A stretch of DNA of 51,067 bases from Candidatus Methanomethylophilaceae archaeon (GTDB lineage Archaea; Thermoplasmatota; Thermoplasmata; Methanomassiliicoccales; Methanomethylophilaceae): assembly GCA_007117455.1 (NCBI GenBank), contig SKGM01000023.1, forward strand, positions 1 through 51,067, written 5' to 3'. The notes under the pieces were generated by a model that was not told where the DNA came from, searched no databases, and worked only from the letters and a program-made list of their open reading frames with translations. The position numbers and the translations under genes are program-made. This document shows positions 1 through 8,612 of this stretch, piece after piece (the first letter of the stretch is position 1; every line of letters begins with the position of its first letter).

Positions 1-173
1 CAGGTTTCACCTTGGTTGTGTCCCGTCTTACGACGACACATTGTTATGGTACATCATCGAACGTCAGAAACAAGAGGGCACGCCTTGATGAGGCGGAGAT
101 CTTGCTTCTCCATATCTTCCGCGTCCAGATGTCTGCAATTCCCCGGTAATCCGGGGCGCCTCACACTTGACGC
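1..173 (-). other. Structured non-coding leader (pre-rRNA 5' spacer or long mRNA 5'UTR), truncated by window edge
   Basis: Downstream of a BRE+TATA (minus strand CGAAACA-TTTAAGTA). Stems: UGAGGCG/CGCCUCA (157-163 with 89-95), CCCCGG-AUUA-CCGGGG (141-156), GUAA-tetraloop hairpin (17-40). No convincing ORF. Confidence 0.5.
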
Positions 174-195
174 AATCCTCCGAACATTGATGTTA

Positions 196-210
196 TACTT
201 AAATGTTTCG
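196..210 (-). promoter_or_regulatory. Archaeal BRE/TATA promoter
   Basis: Minus strand CGAAACATTTAAGTA; TGC initiator-like site with G at 173, 30 nt from the first T of the TATA. A second TTTAAATA lies at 260-267. Confidence 0.6.
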
Positions 211-380
211 GGGGTGCTCCTCCCTTATCAGCAAGAGCCTCACTATGTGCCCTTGTCGATATTTAAACGTTTGTGGTTTGACCGGAAATATGTAGGTTTC
301 AAACCGATAGAGGCCGAGGTCGTTTACCAAATGGCTCAAGGTTGCTTACCCGGGGATCCAACTGGTTAGGTGTACAAAGA

Positions 381-388
381 TTTAATTA
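381..388 (+). promoter_or_regulatory. TATA box of tRNA-Ser
   Basis: AAAGA-TTTAATTA ending 25 nt before the tRNA 5' end. Confidence 0.6.
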
Positions 389-412
389 CAGTATCCCTTT
401 TCCACAAACACT

Positions 413-499
413 GCGGAGATAGCCCAGCCTGGTAAGGCGATAGACTGCTAATCTATTGTCCGCAAGGACTCGGGGGTTCAAATCCCCCTCTCCGCGCCA
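413..499 (+). tRNA. tRNA-Ser(GCT), intronless, CCA encoded
   Basis: Acceptor GCGGAGA/TCTCCGC, anticodon arm ATAGA-CTGCTAA-TCTAT, long variable arm GTCC-GCAA-GGAC, T arm GGGGG-TTCAAAT-CCCCC, G discriminator plus CCA. Confidence 0.97.
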
Positions 500-1362
500 C
501 ACAAATTCTTCTTGGCACCCCCGGATTACAATAATCCAGGGTCCGACCTCACAATTCCATAACCATTCTCAGACTGTAGCCGGGACTTTGGAACAGACCG
601 GTCATTTTCTGAATCAAGATCTTCCTTTCTCCATGTGTAATGCTCTGAGATTCACTTTTTTCAATCCTTTTCTGTAAAGCTGTCTGTGAAGCCTCGTTGC
701 TCATTCGACCTTCTGATCCACACCCATGGTCATCATTAATGCCCCGACCCTAGCAGGCTTTCTATGACCGCACTCTGCATATACAAATAATTATCACGCA
801 CACGGTTGCCAAAACATTGGTGGCGTTCTCTCATAGTTCATTTTTCATAGGTGAAGTGATTCTCTGCTTCCAGAATATATTGAATTCAATTGGTAAGCGG
901 CACATAGGTCCATTCTCTTTTGCCTGAAGGGGGTGTCACAACGATGACCAACATCTTCCTGGGATTATTCCATAATTGACATATCAAGGAGCCTAACAAA
1001 CGGAAACTATGCGGGATCGTCCGGAAACTAAAAGGAAGCAATAGATCCTAAAGGTTCAAGAGATGACAAGTCACTGGAATATCGAATCCCAACGTACCCT
1101 GCATCTCCAGTGGCTTGAGGGCATCTTTATGGCTTCGAAGCAAACGATATTGAATGTCTCATCCAATATCAGAAATTATCACCTCATAAACAGCTCTTGA
1201 AGCATCGTTTCACCTCCACCTTCGGCTAATCTATACGGCTGATTGTTCATCATGCCCTGGTTTGAATCTAAGGTGCTGTTACCGTCCCCTTAGTATCTGG
1301 TCACCGTGCTGATTGGAGGATATGAAAGATTAATGTATTAACAACTGATATGCGACCTTGCC

Positions 1363-2004
1363 ATGAGATTCCTAGTCATCTCTGACGTACATGCTAAGAA
1401 GGACGCCATAGAGGCGACGAAAGAAAGGATTGAGCGTTACGAGGCCGAAGCGGTCCTGGTGCTCGGTGACATAACCCATTTCGGACCTGCCACCTGGGCG
1501 GCCGACTTCATCGGAGCCCTCGATGTCGATGTCTATGCCATTCCGGGCAACTGTGACCCGCCTGAGATACTCGAGGCCATAGCTGAATCAGGCATATCCA
1601 TGCACGGTGAGGTCCGGGAGATAGGGGGAGTGGTCTTCGCAGGCCTAGGAGGGTCGAATCCCACCATCTTCGAGACCCCGTTCGAGTTGGATGAGGAGGA
1701 TATTAAGACCATCCTCGACCCGATCGCCGAAGATGCAATGGTATTGATGCTCCACACCCCGCCCTACGGCAGGAATGATGAGATCCCCTCTGGCATCAGC
1801 GTGGGCAGTCATTCCATCCGTGAGATAGTAGACAAGCACCGCCCTCTTCTGGTTTTGGCGGGTCATGTGCATGAGGCACGCGGCGTCACCGAGGAGGATG
1901 GGATAATATTCATGAATCCGGGTCCAGCACGTGACGGTTATGCGGCTATCCTGGATATCGATGAGGATGATATTTCGATAAAGCTCCTCGGCCCACAGGA
2001 CTGA
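1363..2004 (+). CDS. Calcineurin-like metallophosphoesterase (Icc-related)
   Basis: Motifs SDVH, GDIT, GNCD, GHVHE, NPG. Confidence 0.88.
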   Translation: MRFLVISDVHAKKDAIEATKERIERYEAEAVLVLGDITHFGPATWAADFIGALDVDVYAIPGNCDPPEILEAIAESGISMHGEVREIGGVVFAGLGGSNPTIFETPFELDEEDIKTILDPIAEDAMVLMLHTPPYGRNDEIPSGISVGSHSIREIVDKHRPLLVLAGHVHEARGVTEEDGIIFMNPGPARDGYAAILDIDEDDISIKLLGPQD

Positions 2005-2119
2005 ATTCCAGGATTTTTTGTTCGAAAGATGAGTAAATGTCTCTGGACTGTCATATCTGAGAGGTGGAAAGGGGAAAAACGTTTTATACACCCCTTTGAT
2101 TAGCACCACAGGAGTAGAC

Positions 2120-2500
2120 ATGGCACTTTGGCAGGGTAAGTCTAAGAGGAAGCCGTCCGGCGGACGTTTGAAACTCAGCCGTGGCAAGAGAAAGTTCGAG
2201 ATCGGAAGAGAGAAACAGTTCACCAAGGTCGGCCCCTTGACCCTTAAGAAATATAGGACCAAAGGCGCCAACACCAAGATGAGGATGCTCTCGGCGGACT
2301 ATGCCAACGTTATGGACCGTAAGACCAATCAGGTCACCAAGGCCAAGATCATCAACGTTAAGAGCAACCCCGCCAACCCCAACTACGTCCAGCGCAACAT
2401 CATCAACAAGGGAACCACCATCGAGACCGATATCGGTGAAGCGGTGGTGACCTCCAGGCCCGGTCAGAGCGGGGCTGTCGATGCTGTGCTGGTAGAGTGA
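2120..2500 (+). CDS. rps8e: 30S ribosomal protein S8e
   Basis: MALWQGKSKRKPSGG...RKFEIGRE...NPANPNYVQRNIINKG...TSRPGQSG; GGAG RBS before ATG 2120; TATA-like TTTTATAC at 2082. Confidence 0.96.
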   Translation: MALWQGKSKRKPSGGRLKLSRGKRKFEIGREKQFTKVGPLTLKKYRTKGANTKMRMLSADYANVMDRKTNQVTKAKIINVKSNPANPNYVQRNIINKGTTIETDIGEAVVTSRPGQSGAVDAVLVE

Positions 2501-2534
2501 AGCGCAGCGATAGCAGCGCTCTATCCATCGTTCC

Positions 2535-2825
2535 ATGACCTACGACGAAGACACCGCCTGGGTCCTGTGGCCGGAATATTTCGATAAGAACAGGTCCAGG
2601 GCCCAGGGGCGGAAGGTCAATCGTCGGATTGCGGTCCATGATCCCGATCTCGACATGCTCGAGCATGCGGTCGGTGAACTCGGGCTTGAATACAGGGTGG
2701 AGAAGGAAAAACTCTATCCTGGCAATTGGCATTCCTCAAAGGGCAGGATAAGGGTGGAAAGGGTTTCATCAAAAACCGAACTGCTGGAGAAGGTCGCCAG
2801 ATTATTGCGTTCTCAGCGGTCCTGA
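2535..2825 (+). CDS. srp19: Signal recognition particle 19 kDa protein
   Basis: VLWPEYFD..SR.QGRKV...AV.DP, EK.YP..W...GRI.V motifs. Confidence 0.93.
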   Translation: MTYDEDTAWVLWPEYFDKNRSRAQGRKVNRRIAVHDPDLDMLEHAVGELGLEYRVEKEKLYPGNWHSSKGRIRVERVSSKTELLEKVARLLRSQRS

Positions 2826-3103
2826 GGCGTCTCAACCTCTTCTACGAGCAACTTACCGGATGATACCGAATCGATTGAGTGCACCACAGCCCCGGTCTGG
2901 GCTATGGCGTCGGTGACCGATTCGTAATCTATTCCGTTACCCTCGATCGTGATCTTGATTTTCTGAGTCTCCTGGTCAACCTCCCACACCGTGCAGTTGA
3001 CGCCCATCACCCCTTTCGCCACCGAAAGCTTGTCAGCCATCTCGATGATCGAAGGGTGATGTGGTTTCAGGACATCCAGTACGAGTCTTCTTATCTCATT
3101 CAA
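2813..3103 (-). CDS. DUF211 family protein
   Basis: IRRLVLDVLKPHHP...GAVVHSID.V signature. Confidence 0.85.
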   Translation of the reverse strand: MNEIRRLVLDVLKPHHPSIIEMADKLSVAKGVMGVNCTVWEVDQETQKIKITIEGNGIDYESVTDAIAQTGAVVHSIDSVSSGKLLVEEVETPQDR

Positions 3104-3198
3104 TCAGATTCCTCATCATTTCTAATGCTGTTGGAGGTATATAGAATTGTCCAGCTGATGCGAAAAGGCTTATCTTTACTCCCATCCATGGAAGAGGC

Positions 3199-4638
3199 AT
3201 GCTACCCGTCTCCGAGTTCCGCATACTCGACATCAACTCCGCTTACTGGGGCGTTTCAACTGACGCGCTCATGGAACAAGCAGGTTGCGCCGTGGCGGAC
3301 CTGGTGATGGACAGGTATCCGACGGATGGCAGGGTGGCGGTCGTCTGCGGATCGGGCAACAATGGCGGGGACGGATTCGTTGCCGCGAGGCATCTCATCC
3401 CCTACAAAGATGTCGATGTCGTCCTAGTGAAGCCGGCCCAGACCATCCGTACAGAGGCTGCCCGCCGGAACTACTCCCTTGTGGAGGATAATTCCATCCT
3501 GATTGATGACACCTCCCTTGATGAGTACTCGTTGGTGATAGATTCCGTACTCGGACTGGGCGTCAGTGGCAGATTGAGGGAACCGTTCCTATCCACCGTT
3601 GAGGCCATCTCTTCTTTCGTTGGCCCGATAGTCTCTGTCGATTGTCCCTCCGGCATGGGGGCGGATGTCGCCGTGTTCCCTGATCTGACGATAACATTCC
3701 ATGATGTGAAAGAGGGGATGGGCGAGCACAACTGCGGCGAGATCGTAGTGGCCGACATCGGGATACCGTATGAGGCGGGGGCATTCACCGGACCTGGAGA
3801 GGCGCAGCTCTATCCCATTCCTGGAATCGACTCCCATAAGGGGCAGAACGGCAGGGTCCTGATCGTCGGAGGAGGTCCATATACTGGAGCCCCAGCATTG
3901 GCTGGCTTGGCATCCTATCGGACCGGGTGCGACCTGGTCCACATATCCACTCCAAGGTCCAGTTGCCCTGCGGTCTCATCTTATTCCCCGATGCTGCTGA
4001 CCCATTGCCTGGAAGGGGATATCCTGGATGGGACGCATACCCGACACATATTGGACATAGTCCCCGACGTCGATACCGTCCTTATAGGTCCGGGCCTGGG
4101 CCGAGCCGAGGTGACTCTGGAGGCCATCGGCGATATCCTCAAGCTTATCGATATCCCCGTGGTATTGGATGCGGACGGTATAACCGCTTACGGCCTGTTA
4201 GACGAACCTCCGACCCTGGACAATCTCGTGCTCACACCGCATGCCCGTGAGATGGAGAGCCTTACTGGAGAGGCCTGTCCATCCGATTTGGATGAACGTG
4301 CCCAACAGGTGCTCAGGACCGCCGCCAGCTTGGATGCCACCATACTGCTCAAGGGCACGGTGGATATGATCAGTGATGGTCGCAGATTGAAGATGAATCG
4401 GAGCGGCAACAGCGCCATGACCGTGGGCGGTACCGGCGATGTGTTGGCCGGAGCCGTTGCAGGGTTGATGTCCAAAGGCCTGAGTCCCTTTGACTCCGCC
4501 CGTCTGGCTTCGTATCTGAACGGAAGCGCGGGAGAGATGGCTTTCTTGGAACAAGGTTACGGAATGATGGCGACTGACATACTGGACCGCCTCGGTCCAT
4601 CTTTGATGTCCGCCCTTGAATACGGCAGGGGAATATGA
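3199..4638 (+). CDS. nnr: Bifunctional NAD(P)H-hydrate epimerase/dehydratase (YjeF)
   Basis: LMEQAG, GSGNNGGDG, VDCPSG, SHKGQNGRVLIVGG, TPH..E, GGTGDVLAG. Confidence 0.93.
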   Translation: MLPVSEFRILDINSAYWGVSTDALMEQAGCAVADLVMDRYPTDGRVAVVCGSGNNGGDGFVAARHLIPYKDVDVVLVKPAQTIRTEAARRNYSLVEDNSILIDDTSLDEYSLVIDSVLGLGVSGRLREPFLSTVEAISSFVGPIVSVDCPSGMGADVAVFPDLTITFHDVKEGMGEHNCGEIVVADIGIPYEAGAFTGPGEAQLYPIPGIDSHKGQNGRVLIVGGGPYTGAPALAGLASYRTGCDLVHISTPRSSCPAVSSYSPMLLTHCLEGDILDGTHTRHILDIVPDVDTVLIGPGLGRAEVTLEAIGDILKLIDIPVVLDADGITAYGLLDEPPTLDNLVLTPHAREMESLTGEACPSDLDERAQQVLRTAASLDATILLKGTVDMISDGRRLKMNRSGNSAMTVGGTGDVLAGAVAGLMSKGLSPFDSARLASYLNGSAGEMAFLEQGYGMMATDILDRLGPSLMSALEYGRGI

Positions 4639-5396
4639 GGATCCTACCTCTGCACGGCCGTCCGATGCTCCACCTATCCGGTGCTGAGGAAGTTCTCGTG
4701 GTGGCGGATCTGCACATCGGCCTCGAGGCCCACCTCTCATGGAAAGGATTCCATATGCCGTCACAGACCAACCGGATGAGGTCCGATATCATCAAGGCCG
4801 CCGAGGGTATGGATGCGCTCATAGTGCTGGGCGATGTGAAACATCGTGTTCCAGGTAGTACCCGGCAGGAACACCGGGAGATCCCTCCGTTCTTCGAAGC
4901 CCTTCTCGACGCCTTCGGACGGGTGGAGGTCGTCCGGGGCAACCATGATGTCAGCCTGGAGGAGTTCCTCCCTGACGAAGTGGTCATCCATCCGGCCAGC
5001 GGCCTCCTCATGGACGGAATCGGTCTGATGCATGGCCACACCATCCCTTCACCGAGACTTTCTTCCTGCCGGACGTGGATTTGTGCTCACAACCATTCCC
5101 GGATATCGTTCCCAGGCCCCCAGGGTTCGGGCCCGACCGAGCCTTGTTGGATGAGGATCCCCTTCAGAAAGCCGGAGGAGCGTCCTGAGGAACTGGTGGT
5201 CATGCCGGCTTTCAACCCTAATCTAGGCGGTTCCCCGGTGAACATAGAGGGCGAGGGTCTGCTCGGCCCGGTCCTCAACAGTCCGCTTCTGGATGTCGAT
5301 AGATGCCGCATACACCTGCTGGACGGTGCGGATATGGGCCTGTTGAGGGATCTGATGGTGCCAGGCAGGATATATAGAAAAAGAAAGTTGTTGTGA
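4635..5396 (+). CDS. Metallophosphoesterase (archaeal ICC-like)
   Basis: ADLHIG, LGDVKH, GNHD, HGH, MPAFN; ATGA overlap with nnr. Confidence 0.85.
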   Translation: MRILPLHGRPMLHLSGAEEVLVVADLHIGLEAHLSWKGFHMPSQTNRMRSDIIKAAEGMDALIVLGDVKHRVPGSTRQEHREIPPFFEALLDAFGRVEVVRGNHDVSLEEFLPDEVVIHPASGLLMDGIGLMHGHTIPSPRLSSCRTWICAHNHSRISFPGPQGSGPTEPCWMRIPFRKPEERPEELVVMPAFNPNLGGSPVNIEGEGLLGPVLNSPLLDVDRCRIHLLDGADMGLLRDLMVPGRIYRKRKLL

Positions 5397-5414
5397 AAGG
5401 GTTTGGTTTCAGGC

Positions 5415-6932
5415 TCAGTTGCGGGAGATGGTCTTGTAGATATCTCCGTCAGCATCCCTGATGACCGCCTTGAGGGGCATCTGACCCGGCAGACTGTGCG
5501 TGGCACAGGAGTTGCAGGGGTCGTAGCACCGGAAGGCCATCTCCACCATGTTCAACAGACCAGGTGACACCATTCCGTCCTTGATCAAGGCCTTGGCGGC
5601 CTTGGCGACGCTGATGTTCATCGGACCGTTGTTGTTGGTGGTACCGACAACGAGGTTGCAGTCGGTCACTATGCCGTTCTCGTCGCTGACATAGTGGTGG
5701 GTCAGGGTACCGCGTGGGGCCTCGACACAGCCGATACCGACGCCTCCAGGGGAGATGTCGCGCTGCTTGATGTCGCCAGTGGTCAGGTCGGGGTTGGAGG
5801 CCACCTCGAGACAGAGCTCGGCGGCATACAGCAACTCGATGACCCTTGCCCAATGGGTTGCCAAGGTGAAGTTCACCGGGCCCTCGACACCGAGGCTCTT
5901 GAAGAGTCCGAAGAACTTCTCGTACTCCTCCTGGGCCAGTGGCGTCTTCATGCCATCGGCGGCGTTCAACCTGCTGAGGGGAGTGGCATGGTACATGCCG
6001 CTCTCCGGACCATCGGTCATACCCTTGTATCCGACGTTCTTCAGGTAGGGGAACTTCTGGTAGGACCAGGGCTCCACGGCCTCGGCGATGTTGTCGAGAT
6101 AGTCGACAGGGTCGTACTTGGCGAATTCCTTCCTCTGCTGGTCGACGACCCTGACCGGGCCGTCATGGAACTCCACCTTGTTGTCCTTGTTGACCATGCC
6201 CATGTAGTAGGTCTCGGAGTAGAAGATGTCCGGGTTGGCGATGATGTCCACGTAATCCTTGTTTTCCAGGACGACATCGTTGAACACCTTCAGAGTGGTC
6301 TGACCGAAGTTGACCAGGTATTCGGACATCTCGATGATCTCCTTCTGCTCCTCCTTGCTGATGGGCTTGGAGACGCCACCGGGCACACCCATCACGGGGT
6401 GTGTTGCCTTACCGCCTATGATGGCCTGGATCCTCTGGGCGAGGGCCCTTGCCTTGATCACAGCGGAACCGAGCTCCAGACCGACCGCTCCCACCACGCC
6501 CAGGACATTCCTGGTGGCGGCAGGGGAGGATGGTCCGAGAACGAAGTCTGCGGATGCCAGCGCATAGAAGTGCGCTATGTGGCTGTGCACGAAGTGGGCA
6601 CCGTAGAACAGGTCCCTTATCATGAACGCGGTGTCGGTCGGCTTGGTGTTGTAACACATGTCGATGGCCTTGGTGGAGGCCATGTGGTGCGCACCGGGAC
6701 AGACTCCGCACAGTCTTGCGGTCAGCTGGTTCATCTCCGTGACGCGGCGACCGATGCAGAATCTCTCGAAACCACGCAGCTCGGGCGTCTGGAAGTAGGC
6801 GTTCTTGACGTTTCCGTCATCGTCCAGGAAGATCTCTATCTGTCCGTGACCCTCGAGACGGGTTATCGGGTCGATGGTGATCCTGTTGGACTCGCTCTTT
6901 GTAGGTTCATCCCATATGATTGGGCCTGCCAT
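5415..6932 (-). CDS. mvhA: F420-non-reducing [NiFe] hydrogenase large subunit
   Basis: IDPITRLEGHG, ELRGFE, L1 RLCGVC, EAPRG, L2 DPCNSCATH followed by a cleavable C-terminal tail. Confidence 0.95.
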   Translation of the reverse strand: MAGPIIWDEPTKSESNRITIDPITRLEGHGQIEIFLDDDGNVKNAYFQTPELRGFERFCIGRRVTEMNQLTARLCGVCPGAHHMASTKAIDMCYNTKPTDTAFMIRDLFYGAHFVHSHIAHFYALASADFVLGPSSPAATRNVLGVVGAVGLELGSAVIKARALAQRIQAIIGGKATHPVMGVPGGVSKPISKEEQKEIIEMSEYLVNFGQTTLKVFNDVVLENKDYVDIIANPDIFYSETYYMGMVNKDNKVEFHDGPVRVVDQQRKEFAKYDPVDYLDNIAEAVEPWSYQKFPYLKNVGYKGMTDGPESGMYHATPLSRLNAADGMKTPLAQEEYEKFFGLFKSLGVEGPVNFTLATHWARVIELLYAAELCLEVASNPDLTTGDIKQRDISPGGVGIGCVEAPRGTLTHHYVSDENGIVTDCNLVVGTTNNNGPMNISVAKAAKALIKDGMVSPGLLNMVEMAFRCYDPCNSCATHSLPGQMPLKAVIRDADGDIYKTISRN

Positions 6933-6933
6933 A

Positions 6934-8190
6934 TTACTTACCCCCCTTCTCCTTAACGGCCCTCTTGATCAAGGACTTCGCCAGAGTGAACTGGTAGAAG
7001 TATCCCAGGGGATCCTTGACCTGGCTCATTATGTCGATGATAACATCCTCGTCGATCAGCGCATCGTTGTCGAGCACTGGGAAGAGTGATGCGACCGCAG
7101 TCAGCATGCTAGCGCCCTGCTCAGAGACGGCTCCGGTCGGACCGTAGCAGCCACGACAGGGTTGTCCTCCCATCGTACAGGGGGAGCCACATCCGGCGCG
7201 GGTGGCCGGTCCCATGCAGAGTATGCCCTGGTCCATGAGGCAGAGGTCGGGGTCGACATCTATCTCGTGGGGCTCCACGACCTTGGTTATCCTGCGGTTC
7301 TCCTTCTTGCGCGGACACTCCTCGCACAGGGTCTTCTCGGATGCACCGATTATCGTACCCTTGGGCGGAAGGTCAGCACCGTTGTACACATGCCCCACCA
7401 GAGCACCGAGGAGGACCTCGATGCTGGTCTGTTGTGGCGGGCAACCGGGGACGTAGTAATCTACATCGACCACATCATCTGCCGCGACCACGGTATCGTA
7501 GAGCACGGGTATGTGCAGTTCACCCTCAGGCGCCTGGTACTTCTCCTGCGGTATGACCGGGGAAGGCTGGGTGTCCTGGAACGCCTTCATGGTCGGCGTC
7601 TCGGTGTACACATACTTCTTGATCTCCTCGGTGTTGTGCAGGTTCGCGAGACCGGGCATGCCGCCCCACATGGCGCAGGCGCCATAGGACACCAGAAGGG
7701 TTGACTTCTGGCGGAGGAGCTTCAGCATATGTTCGTTCTCAGAGTTCCTGACAGCACCGTTGAACAGGGTCACGGTTATCTCCCCGTCATCAAGGGCCTC
7801 GAGGTCCTTGACCTTGCCGTCCATGGCTATGGGCCAGAAGACGATCTCGGCCATGTCGTTGACGGTGAGTATCTTCTCGCGGATGTCGAGAAGGGACACA
7901 TCGCAACCGCCGCAGCCAGCTCCCCAGTAGTGGGCGAACTTTATCTTGCCGCCCGGAGGCGGTCCAGGCAGGATCGCCTTCAGCTCAGGCGGGAAGAGGG
8001 CTTTGTCGGAGACCAACTGAGGTACAGGTGAGTCGACGATCGCCGGGGCAGCTCCCGCATCCGCTTCAGGGGCGGGTGCGGCCTCGGCGGCCGCTGGTGC
8101 TGCCGCCTCTTCGGGCTTTATGGCAGCATCTTCAATCTTGTCACCGACCTTCTTGAAGAACTTCTCTTTCAACTTACTGATGAAGGACAT
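6934..8190 (-). CDS. mvhG: F420-non-reducing hydrogenase small (Fe-S) subunit with ~80 aa N-terminal extension
   Basis: GCGGC, GACA..GG.PGLAN, PGCPP, CEEC...CL...CMGPATRAGC...C...CRGCYGP. Confidence 0.92.
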   Translation of the reverse strand: MSFISKLKEKFFKKVGDKIEDAAIKPEEAAAPAAAEAAPAPEADAGAAPAIVDSPVPQLVSDKALFPPELKAILPGPPPGGKIKFAHYWGAGCGGCDVSLLDIREKILTVNDMAEIVFWPIAMDGKVKDLEALDDGEITVTLFNGAVRNSENEHMLKLLRQKSTLLVSYGACAMWGGMPGLANLHNTEEIKKYVYTETPTMKAFQDTQPSPVIPQEKYQAPEGELHIPVLYDTVVAADDVVDVDYYVPGCPPQQTSIEVLLGALVGHVYNGADLPPKGTIIGASEKTLCEECPRKKENRRITKVVEPHEIDVDPDLCLMDQGILCMGPATRAGCGSPCTMGGQPCRGCYGPTGAVSEQGASMLTAVASLFPVLDNDALIDEDVIIDIMSQVKDPLGYFYQFTLAKSLIKRAVKEKGGK

Positions 8191-8607
8191 TCACGCACCC
8201 TCCTTGATGGGGTTGGGGCCCAGACCCTTGATGTCGTCTATGAACTCCGTCATGGTCTTCTGGAACTTCTCCCCCTCGGAAGCGGAGACCCATTCCAGCT
8301 TCAACCTCTTGGGGTCGAAACCGTACTCCTCCAGCACGAAGCGGAGAAGGGCCATCCTCCTCCTGGCGCGGTAGTTGCCGCCGATGTAGTGGCAGTCCGC
8401 GGGGTGGCAGCCCAGCACTATCACGCCATCCGCTCCTTTTGCGAGAGAGCGGAGGATGTGCTCAGGGTCTACCCTTGCGGAGCACATCGTGCGGATGATG
8501 CGGAAGTTCGTTGGCATCTGCAGCCTGGCGACACCGGCGCCGTCAGCACCGGCGTAAGAGCACCAGTTGCAGCAGAAGGCTATGATTTTCGGATCGAATT
8601 CGCTCAT
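8191..8607 (-). CDS. mvhD: Hydrogenase iron-sulfur subunit MvhD
   Basis: FCCNWCSYAGAD, MCSARVD, GCHPADCHY..GN, WVSASEG; GGAGTGA RBS. Confidence 0.95.
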   Translation of the reverse strand: MSEFDPKIIAFCCNWCSYAGADGAGVARLQMPTNFRIIRTMCSARVDPEHILRSLAKGADGVIVLGCHPADCHYIGGNYRARRRMALLRFVLEEYGFDPKRLKLEWVSASEGEKFQKTMTEFIDDIKGLGPNPIKEGA

Positions 8608-8612
8608 GGATA

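Noticed and set aside
16..369. 117-aa plus-strand ORF
   Set aside because: No family motif, spans minus-strand promoters and a structured leader; likely spurious.
456..677. 73-aa ORF
   Set aside because: Starts inside the tRNA-Ser gene.
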